Under the pieces are notes generated by a model. The model saw nothing but the letters and a program-made list of their open reading frames with translations, did no database searches and was not told the origin of the DNA. The position numbers and the translations under genes were made by a program. This document shows, piece after piece, positions 54,223 to 64,000 of a stretch of DNA of 64,000 bases. Position 1 is the first letter of the stretch, and each line of letters opens with the position of its first letter. The DNA comes from Callorhinchus milii (Eukaryota), in the NCBI RefSeq assembly GCF_018977255.1, contig NW_024704743.1:46564001-46628000 (forward strand), read 5' to 3'.

Positions 54223-54774
54223 ATCCTAAAGAAGGTTGATAGTCTGAATTTATAAGTATTTAAAAATTCTAATACAAGCTATTCAGGTTAATTAATAATT
54301 GATTACCCTAGCTTAGGTGCCCATCCAGCATTGATAAGCAGTTTGAGATGTCATCCTGAAGTGAAAGGCGTTATATAAATGCAAATTGTTTTGTACTTTA
54401 TATCAAGCTGTACACTCCAAAGAAGGTTTGAACCCAGGTCTGTTGTGGATAAACTGATCTCAGCCGGCGCAGCAGTGGAGATTTTCCAATTAGCCTCTGC
54501 ACGCTTGGACTAAGCCGTTGACAAAAAACACATAAAGAAAGATCACTTTGTGCAAAAAGGTTGACTAGGGTCCATTGTGCCTCAAACTGAGCACCTTCAG
54601 TGATCCAAACTCCACTTAGTCTTAGCCTGTAAGATCATTTTACATTAATATTTAAGATTATGCATAATTTTGGACAATTCTTAAATTCAGGCTGTGTTTG
54701 AAAGTTTTTTTTAAATTTACTGAATTTAAGAGTTTTCAACAATTCTGCTTGATTTACACAGATTCACATAAATT

Positions 54775-55070
54775 GTAGATTACAGAGACAGGTCATTCAG
54801 CTCAACTAGTCCGTGCCGGTATTTATACTCCAGTTGAGTCTCCAACCATTCCTTATTCCTTCCCATATCCTTCTATTTCTTTCTTCCTCATGAGCATATC
54901 TAGCTTCCTCTTAAATGCATTGTTACTATCTGTTCAACCACTGCTTTGGACAGTGAGTTCCACATTCTCATTAACTTCTGCGTGAAATAGTTCCTCCTAA
55001 ATTCCATTTTAGATTCCCTAGTCACTATCTTACACTTGGGTCTTATGGCTCCCAAACCAGTGGGAACAGT
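54775..55070 (-). mobile_element. Old CR1 3' fragment
   Basis: tctagcttcctcttaaatgcat...gagttccacattctcattaacttctgcgtgaaatagttcctcctaaa, the reverse of the CR1 FFTQRVV..W region. Confidence 0.7.
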
Positions 55071-55139
55071 CTACTTATGCTCAATGTGAACTTTTAAAAC
55101 AGAATACACCTACAAATACACCTATGCTTGTCTACAAAT

Positions 55140-55455
55140 AATAATAATAATCCTTGCATTTGATATAGCGCTTTTCACGTCGGGAGGACGTCCCAAAGCG
55201 CTTCACAGAACATACTGCAAAGTGAATTGACTGTATATTTGTGGGCGAACGCGGCAGCCAATTGCGCACAGCAATGTCCCACAAACAGTCGTAGATTGAA
55301 AATGACCAATTAATTATTGTTTTTGGTTTTTGAAGGGATTATCATTAGGCGTGTGGAGTAAGGAAACTTGCCCAAGGTTTCGCCCTCTGCCTGGAATTGA
55401 ACTCAGGTCTCTCACTTGCAAAGCGAGTGCTCTAACCACTGAGCTACAGGACTCC
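55140..55455 (-). mobile_element. tRNA-derived Deu SINE, full length, young
   Basis: Reverse complement of the 24132-24440 type; possible TSD acaaata (55134-55140 / 55456-55462). Confidence 0.92.
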
Positions 55456-55817
55456 ACAAATACACTGTCACTTCATTGTACAATAAATCCTATAAAGCAT
55501 TTTGATCCATTTGACAACATAATAAGGTGATTATTATGTTGGCAAACGGCACTTCAGAATTGTTGTATACTCCAAGATGGAGGACAAGTTTTCAGCCTCA
55601 CCATTCATGCAGAGGGAACACTTTAGCCGCTTCCAGCCCACATATCCCTACTTGCAACACGAGATTGATCTTCATCCAACCATCTCTCTGTCGGGTGGAG
55701 AGAAGCCTTCTCCCTATTAGTGGCTGTGTACCTTACAGCTTTGAGACCTACAGCAGCAGGTAGAACTGAACTCGGAGTCGGTCAGGGCGCCACCTAGCCA
55801 AACCATCTTTGATGGTG

Positions 55818-56035
55818 GTTTGATACAAGTTCAGTTGCCTTTTTTCTAAAAAAAATTTGGTCACTCAATCCACAACTGTTTGTGGGACACTGCTGTGCGC
55901 AATTGGCCACAAAAATATATAGTCAATTCACTTCACAATATATTCTGTGAAGCGCTTTGAGACTTCTCAACTATTTGATAAGAGGCGTAATCTATAATAA
56001 TTATCACCTAATATATCTATAAGGATTATTATTAT
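55818..56035 (+). mobile_element. SINE 3' half with a variant upstream segment
   Basis: gtttgatacaagttcagttgcc...tgtgggacactgctgtgcgcaattggc...aaggattattatt. Confidence 0.8.
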
Positions 56036-56994
56036 ATTTTTAGAACCCAAATAAATCCAACACTCTGGTCATATTTCAGGATTTGCTGAAATGGCAATCT
56101 CACAGATTGTACCTGCTATCCACATGCAGTCAAGTTCATAATGCAACTCAATTAATTAAGAGCAGAAATAAAAAAGTCCTCAATCCCACACCTCGGATCT
56201 TTCAAGGGTGAAAAATATCATCTGAATGTTAAGCCATTTGCCAAAGACTGTTTCCTTTCCTTTGATAACCCCAGGATTTTCATTGTAGTTACTGCTGTTG
56301 TGGTTGTGATTCAATCAAAGCTCACTGTTGTTCTGTCTAATATCTCTACCAAGTATCTGTCCTGCTGACAAAGCTGTTTATTTTGGACTCCTGTGGGTTT
56401 GCTTTGGAGATGAGCTAACAATGCAAACAGTTCTCTTATCCACATTACTGCCTTCCTGCTGGGATGTTAATGAACCCTACAAATATATACCAACGTCTTT
56501 ATAATCTTTCAGGAAGAAATACAACAGCTTCCAGTTATGTAGTAATCACTGAAATAGAACCTTAAAATAAATCCGAGCCAGTTACTCATTCCTGATGCAG
56601 ACACTTTCTGACTTAATAACTCCTTCATTGTGTAGTAGTGCCAGAATATGCTTTGTAGATGATTTGAGACTGAATCGAGTCTGTTGCCCTCACATGACGA
56701 GGCAGTCTGGGGTGGGTGTTGGTGCCACGGTGGTGCTTTGCCATGTCATTTGGACTGACTCAGCAAGGTGGTGGGCAGTGGGGGGGTGGGGGGAGAACAA
56801 GGCATGAAGTCAAACTTCCAATAACACATTTCAATAAACTGACTCAGAATGCTTAAATCTGTGTTAAAATGAGTGTGTTTTGGAAGCTGGGTTTATACTG
56901 ATCGAAAATTTGCACTATTTGCAAAAAAATTTATGAGTGATGGATTTGGAGCTTGGATCACACACCTGGAGCCGCCTGTGGGGTGAGAAATCCC

Positions 56995-57285
56995 AAATCG
57001 TATCAGATGAAATGTTTTAAACTGATGCCTGTTTGCCTGTCCAGGTAGACGCTAAAGATCCCAATTTGAAATGGCACTATTCAAAAAGAGAAAGGGTTTC
57101 TCCTGGTATCGTGCCAATAGTCTTCGAAATACAATTGGTCATTCAGTGCATCGCTGTTTGTGGGACATAGCTGTGCAAATAGCTTTCGTGTTCACCCACA
57201 AAATAAACACAGCCATACAGCGAGATCCCGACAACGTGACAAATCAAAATGTAAAGGTTAATATTACACATCATGCATTACTATA
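56995..57285 (+). mobile_element. Degenerate DeuSINE
   Basis: gcctgtccaggtagacgctaaagatccca..atggcactattcaa...ctgtttgtgggacatagctgtgcaaat. Confidence 0.7.
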
Positions 57286-57510
57286 ATTTCAGAAAGACAC
57301 ATCCGAGTACCTCCAGGATTTACTATTTACGAATCCTTTGGCAAATACTGTATCACAAAGTAAACTCCACTGCATTTTTCATGGCTGTGGAAAGTGCCTG
57401 TGTGAATGGGGCTTGGCTGGTGGCAAATCACACTGGAGTCTTGGAGTGAAGAGAAGGTGTTTTGAGGAGGTACGCTTTAGGAGAACCTGAACTCAATTCA
57501 GTATAATGAT

Positions 57511-59291
57511 AGACCGGAGGAATTGTAATAGGGGACAAAGACATGGCAGAGTCATTAAACAAGTATTTTTCTACAGTCTTCACCGTAGAAGACACTGGAA
57601 ACATACCAAAAATAGAGGACCAAGAAGACAATGTTAGCGAGCAACTTAGGGAGATTAACATTAGTAAAGAGATGGTTCTAGATAAATTGTCGGGTCTTAA
57701 AACCGATAAATCCCCTGGACCGGATGGCCTGCATCCGAGAGTTTTAAAGGAAGTGGCAACTGAGATAGTGGATGGCATGTCTATAATCTTCCAAACGTCC
57801 GTGGATACTGGAAAAGTTCCCAATGATTGGAAGATTGCAAACGTAACTCCATTATTTAAGAAGGGTGGGAGAGAAAATAGGGAAAACTATAGACCAGTTA
57901 GTTTGACGTCAGTTGTAGGGAAAATTCTTGAGTCCTTAATAAAAGACGTAGTTATGGGATACCTGGAAGACCATAAAAAGATTAGGCAGAGTCAACATGG
58001 CTTTACAAAAGGGAAGTCATGCTTGACTAACCTTTTAGAATTTTTTGAGGATGTATCCAGCAGGTTGGATAAGGGGGAACCAGTAGATGTGGTATATTTG
58101 GATTTTAGGAAGGCATTTGACAAGGTGCCACACAAAAGGCTGTTACTCAAGATCAAGGCCCACGGGATTAATGGGAAAATATTAACATGGATAGAAGAGT
58201 GGCTATCGGGTAGAAAGCAGAGAGTAGTGATAAACGGATCATTCTCGAATTGGCAAGATGTAACTAGTGGAGTGCCACAAGGATCAGTGCTTGGGCCTCA
58301 GCTATTTACCATTTACATCAATGATCTGGACGAGGACATTGAATGTAATGTGTCTAAATTCGCGGATGATACTAAACTAGGTAGCAGAGTGAGCTCTCAG
58401 GATGATGCAAAAAGATTGCAACAAGATATAGATAGGCTAGGGGAGTGGGCAAGTAGGTGGCAGATGGAATTCAATGTTAGCAAGTGTGAAATTATTCACC
58501 TAGGTAGCAAGAATAAAAGAACAGATTATTTTCTGGAAGGGGAGAAGTTAGATAGTGTTAGTATTCAAAGGGATTTGGGTGTCCTTGTACACCAGTCCCA
58601 AAAAGTTAGTTTGCAGGTGCAGCAAGCAACTAAGAAGGCGAACGGCATGTTAGCGTTCATTTCGAAAGGTTTAGAATATAAGAGTAGGGAAGTCTTGCTG
58701 CAACTGTATAGGGCTTTGGTGAGACCGCACCTAGAGTATTGTGTGCAGTTTTGGTCTCCTTATTTAAAAAAGGACATACTTGCCCTAGAGGGGGTGCAGC
58801 GTAGATTCACTCGGTTAGTTCCTGGGATGAGGGGACTGACCTATGAGGATAGGCTGAATAAACTAGGGCTGTATTCTCTAGAGTACAGAAGAATTAGGGG
58901 GATCTTATTGAAACTTATAAGATTCTTAAAGGGCTGATAAAGTAGACACTGAGGGTCTGTTTCCCCTGGTAGGAGAATCTATAACCAGGGGTCACAGTCT
59001 TAAAATTAAGGGTCAGCCTCTTAGAACAGAGTTGAGGAAACATTTCTTCACTCAGAGGGTAGTGAACTTATGGAATTCACTACCCCAGAAGGCTGTAGAT
59101 GCTCAGTCCTTGAACATTTTCAAGGCTGAGACTGATAGATTCTTGAAAAATAGAGGGATTAGGGGATATGGGGATAGGGCAGGTAATCAGAGTTAGGTGA
59201 GAAGATCAGCCATGATCTTATTGAATGGCAGAGCAGGCACGAAGGGCCGAATGGCCTACTCCTGCTCCTAATTCTTATGTTCTTATGTTCT
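57511..59291 (+). mobile_element. CR1-clade LINE, 5'-truncated young copy (ORF2 RT domain plus 3' UTR)
   Basis: 464-aa ORF 57543-58937 with RT motifs ([42 protein letters not shown]). The CR1 C-terminus (TRGHSLK...FFTQRVVNLWNSLP) continues in another frame to a TAG at 59194-59196. Ends in a (TTCTTATG)n octamer tail. Confidence 0.95.
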
Positions 59292-59930
59292 AAACAGCAG
59301 GTGTGAGTCCAGACCACCTCCATTCCCAAATGCTCTCTTAAAAAATCTCCTTGGGTGGTCCAATAGATGGGCCAGGGTTCCAGAGACTGCATTTTAATTT
59401 TATTAAAGTTGCCGATTTGGCCCTTTCAAAATAATAAAACTAAAAACAGATTTCAAAATCCAGTTTGTTAATCTGGAAAGCCAACCCCAGGCTCCCTGAA
59501 CCAAATGATTCCAAAGCAATATGAAAGGGACATTAAAGAAGAGAGTCTAAAATCAGAAAATAAAGGAATTAAAATCTCCCAATTCCTGCCTCAGAAATCC
59601 TTTTAGTTTTTAAGGAAAACATTCCTGGGGCTGCTCTCTTCCTCAGGTTACCAGAGCTGTTGTTTTGAAACCAAAATGCCCAGGATATCCCTTTGTGCAC
59701 TTGTCCCCGAATTGTTTTGAACTTGATTTATAAAGTTGCTGAAAGATTGATCTGCTCCAGGACATGGCAATGAGGCAAACATTCCAGCGATTCCTCCCGT
59801 TAAAAGACTGGAGTTAGACTGTGTATATGGCAGGCCAGTTCTTTCAATATCTACACTGAGTTTTATTTTATCATTGCTGCCAAAGCAACTTCAGCGTGGA
59901 AGAAGTTGAGTTTGTTTGTAAGGCGGAGTC

Positions 59931-60491
59931 ACATCAAGGCTCGATTACGGGAACTCCCTCCTCATTGGCCTTCCCAACTCTTCCCTTCACAAGCTGCAGA
60001 TCATCCAAAACTCTGCAGCTCGTGTACTCTCACGCACCAGGTTCCATGATCCCAGCACTCCCACCCTCGCCCGACTCCACTGTCTCCCCTCGTCCTCACC
60101 TTTAAGGCCATCCATGGCTTTGTCCCCTCCTACCTCTATGACCTGCTGACTCCCAACCAACCTGCCCGCTACCTCCGTTCATCGGGCTCCGGCCTGCTCC
60201 ATGTCTTCCGCCCGATCATCGGTGGCCGGGCTTTCAGCCTCTGTGCCCCCACACTCTGGAACTCCATCCCACGGTCCCTTCGCCTCGCTTCCTCCCTTGC
60301 CTCCTTCAAGGCCGGTCTCAAGACCCTCCTCTTCGATCATGTCTTTGGTCTCCCTCCCACCTCTCTGCCTTCCCTCACCCCTACACCACCCCTCCCCCAT
60401 GCTCAGGCCCCGACATTTGACTGTTCAGCGCTTTGGGACATCCTCCCAACGTGAAAGGCGCTCTATAAATTTAATTTTGTTGTTGTTGTTG
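59931..60491 (+). mobile_element. L2 3' fragment
   Basis: Close reverse-complement match to 47932-48530; ends gtgaaaggcgctctataaat...(GTT)n. Confidence 0.92.
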
Positions 60492-61072
60492 TGGTGTGCG
60501 TTGGTCATGTACAGACAGCAGGAAAATACGCATCATCGTGTGCACTTTCCACAGACTTGAGATTGTATGTCTTTCAAAACCCAACAGCACAAAGCTTTCC
60601 CAAGGAGGGGTGTATTGCATTTTGGGGCTGATATGAAATCTTACTGGCTGATCTGTGTTCCCACCAGAGAATAGGTTTCCACTCCAGGAGGTGTCAACTT
60701 GAAGCTTCTTTAAACTGAGGCCAGTCAATGATGACAGTAGAATTGCTTAGATGCAACTTGGAGCAGGATGTTTCCTTCCGAATTAGTTTCCGACTCCAAA
60801 TCCAGAGCTGATTGCAGGAAGGTTTGAACTATAAAACCCTGATTGTAACTGGATGTGGGTCACCCTGACTCACAGGAACTCCTCTCTCACGCAAAGCTCC
60901 AGCAAGTCAGGCCAATGTGGTGACCTTCAGGGTTTGATGAGTATGAATTCAGCAATAAACACCCCTGTTTGATTTCAGTGTTTCAAACACAGTTTTAATG
61001 CATCAGCGCTCTCTTAAGGTTGAGCTCAATTTGGCAATTGACAGAGCGCTGGCACTTACTTTTTTTTGTTCT

Positions 61073-61700
61073 ACAACTACCAACAACAACTTGTATTTGC
61101 ACAGCACCTTCACATAGGGCAATGTCTCGGAGCAGGGACAAGGTTGGATGCCAAGCGAGGAAGAGGTAGGATTTCCAAAAATAAAAGGACACCAGTCTGT
61201 TGGCTGAAACCCTGTATCTTTAGTCAGTTTCAAAGGTCGAGTTAAGCCTGTATTCCATGAACCAGCTGTGAAATGCTGGGCTCCACAGGCCAGCCTGTTT
61301 AGTGCTGCAGATGGCTCTGGGGCCAAACATTTTTACAGAGTTTTGAAGGAGGGGTTGAGGGCGCTATTCACCCGAGGCCAGTTATTGACTGGAGAAGGAG
61401 GGGCTCTTGCTCCTGGGAATACCCTCGTAGAGCAGAGCCGGCACTTGGTGACGTGGGGAATAAGTAGGTCGGAGAGGTAGGGAGGTGTCAGGGCGTGAAC
61501 AGATTTGTTGATGAGTATGAGGATCTTGAAGTTGATCTATTCTGTGATAGGGAGCCAGTGGAGCCTGGCGAGGACTGGAGTGATGGGGGTTTAGAGGAGT
61601 TTAGAGCTGGTGAGTACATGGGCGGCAGAGTTTTGGAACGGTTGGAATTTGTGGATAGTGGAGATTTGAATAGTTGAGGTGGGAGGTGAAAACGGCATGG
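61073..61700 (-). mobile_element. L2 fragments (interrupted, degenerate)
   Basis: caacaacaacttgtatttg tail; IHKFQPFQNSAAHVLT; gaggatcttgaagttgatc. Confidence 0.7.
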
Positions 61701-62332
61701 ACAAGAGTATTCCTAGGAGCAAGATATTCCCGATATTACAATATACAATCCCGACCCCCAACTCGGGTCCGAAACACTGACTGTCCAGCGCCTTGGGACG
61801 TCCTCCTGACGTGAAAAACGCTATACAAATGCAATTTTGTTGTTGCTGTCTGACAATAATAATAATCATTGCATTTGATATAGCGCCTTGTCACATTTCC
61901 TAGATGTCTCAAAGTGCGTCACCGTATATACTGTAACGTGAATTGACTGTATATTTTGTGTAGGTGAAACAACAATCTACTTATCCCTTATTACAATTAT
62001 GGCATCAAATTCCACATTGAACTTGTAATTTGTATGTCGAACAAGGTTGAACATTCCAAAGAATGCAGGGCTCAGTTTAGATTCCAGCACTACATCGACT
62101 AACTATTACATTCATAAACACTTTTCTCTCTGCAGCAAGTGGCAGAGCGGAACAAGGTAATTTGTGCTTCTTTGGTCATGATGAAGTCCTACGCAAAAGA
62201 CCATCTTAATGCTATGTTGTAAACAACATGATGAGAGCTTTGCATAGATATTTCTTTGTGAAAACAGTAGGTTTATAAGCATTCACTGTAAAATCACCAG
62301 TGAAAATGATGCCTCAATATCGGATTAAGCAC

Positions 62333-63050
62333 AAACAACAACAACTTGGATTTATATAGCGCCCTCCACGCCGGACAGCATCTCAGTGCGCTTTACGGTA
62401 ACGGACCCTGGGACCAAGCCAGGGGGAGGGGGGGAATGTGATCAAAGGCACGGTCGAAAAGAAAGGTCTTCAGCAGAGACCTGAAAATGGGAAGGGAGGG
62501 AGTGAGACGAAGGGAGTGAGGAAAGCAGTTCCAGAGCCTCGGGGCATAGTGGCTGAAGGCACGGCCGCCGAGGGTGGAGCGGAGGACTCGGGGGACGAGG
62601 AGGAGGCCAGAGCTGGAGGAACGAAGGTAACGGGTACTATTTTGAGGAGAGAAGAGATCAGAGAGGTAGGGGGCTGCAGAGGAGTGCAGGGACTTGAATA
62701 CAAGGGTGAGGATCTTGAAATCGATCCTCTCTGGGATAGGCAGCTAGTGCAGTCTGGCAAAGACTGGGGTGATCGGGGAGCGGAGTTTCGTGCGGGTGAG
62801 AATGCAGGCGGCAGAGTTTTGAATGATTTGGATTTTATGGATGGTAGTGGATGGGAGACCGGCAAGGACGGCATTGGAGGAGTCCAGCCGAGAGGTGACA
62901 AAGGCATGGACCAGGGTTTCAGCGGCTTTTGGGGAGAGGTATGGGCGGAGACGGGCGATGAGTCGGAGGTGGAAGAAAGCGGTGCTGGTGAGGGACTGGA
63001 TGTGGGGGAGGAAGGATAATTGGGGGTCGAACCTGACGCCTAGGTTGCGT
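62333..63050 (-). mobile_element. L2 3' fragment, same subfamily as 45234-47215
   Basis: RNLGVRFDPQLSFLPHIQSLTSTAFFHLRLIARLRPYLSPKAAETLVHAFVTSRLD; caacaacttggatttata tail. Confidence 0.93.
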
Positions 63051-64000
63051 GACATCTGTGGCGCTGGGAAGTGACACTGGGAAGGAATGAGAAAAAGCCA
63101 CCCATGACTGAATAGCCCACCTACCTTGAACTGCATCACGTGTCACTTATATATGTGCCAACAACACAATGAAAATCACAGTCTTTTTGGCTTCCCTCCC
63201 TCCCACAAGAAAACGCTATGTCAAATATCTTTTGGACAAGGAACAGTAACCTTTAAATATAGGCTGTGTAGGTTATCAAAGAGTGGTTCAGACTTGTGAC
63301 ATATGGTGTTTGAATGTAGCATGCGCAACATATCACAACAACTGCCAATTGAATTGCCAATGGTCTGATTTTTAACAGTTTACAATGCTTAGGCACTTAG
63401 CTAATATTTGACATTTCAAGGTCAAGGCCCCAGCTTGTTGTTCCCCAATGCAAACGTAAGTTGTTATTTGGCTCCATTTCCATACTCCACTAGGTTCCTT
63501 TCATGGATTGTGCTGCTTAATCCACGGCAAGTTCATGGATGCAGAGTTTTGTGCCAAGGCAGTTTTCCTGTCTATTTGCTTTATAGCTTTGGACGTGACC
63601 GCTTAGATCCTGTGAGGTCACTGGGAAGGAATGAGAAAAGGCCACAGATGACACTTGAACTATTTCCACTGTTGGCTGCACACCAGCAGCACTAACTGTT
63701 CTTTGACTAGCACATGAGCTCATTAAGAACATGATCGAAAACATCTGCTGTCTTGAGCAAAACAACAAACAATGCACATTTGAAGAGTCCATTTTTGATG
63801 AGATCCATATGTGCCACAGCTTAAGTTAAACTCCATACTCGTGTTAGTTCATCCCTCTATTACATCTCCTTAAGAAATGCAGAGTATTTGGTCATGGCTT
63901 TTTGTGGGACATTTCTGCACACAAATTGGCTGTGTTCACCCACAATTTATACAACCACTCCACTTTAAAGTATATTCTGTAAAGTGCTTTTAAATCTTCT

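Noticed and set aside
57543..58937. 464-aa reverse transcriptase as a host gene or a retron/DGR/group II intron-type system
   Set aside because: Motifs, C-terminus and octamer tail are typical of a 5'-truncated CR1 LINE in a vertebrate intron. There are no accessory genes or template/variable repeats.
62438..63019. Long G/E-rich ORFs (also 45421-45759, 48613-49023)
   Set aside because: They are antisense or off-frame readings of L2 ORF2 remnants.
215..63050. Antisense orientation bias of L2 copies relative to RBMS3
   Set aside because: My rough count is about 12 antisense to 8 sense, too few to claim a bias.

Overview
This is eukaryotic (vertebrate) genomic DNA, not prokaryotic. The repeat content (abundant L2 and CR1 LINEs, Deu-domain tRNA-SINEs with (ATT)n tails, Penelope-type termini) suggests a cartilaginous fish, possibly a chimaera; that is inference. 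The window lies within a large + strand gene that I recognise as RBMS3 (RNA-binding motif single-stranded-interacting protein 3). Four small coding exons are present (33652-33758, 47850-47896, 50779-50875, 52353-52403). They have canonical AG/GT boundaries and compatible phases, and splice to ...[101 protein letters not shown]... I found no other exons. The rest is intron filled with retroposon fragments: about 20 L2 pieces, one young 5'-truncated CR1 with a long reverse-transcriptase ORF, older CR1 pieces, several SINE families and palindromic MITE-like relics. Almost all ORFs in the supplied track are spurious or derived from transposable elements (TEs). The most unusual item is a 514-bp TSD-bounded fold-back element with a degenerate hammerhead-ribozyme-like motif (10941-11454). 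Also notable are inverted repeat pairs bracketing the exons and a possible in-frame alternative splice donor. I see no evidence of a wholly new multi-gene system. Repeat boundaries are approximate and were read by eye.
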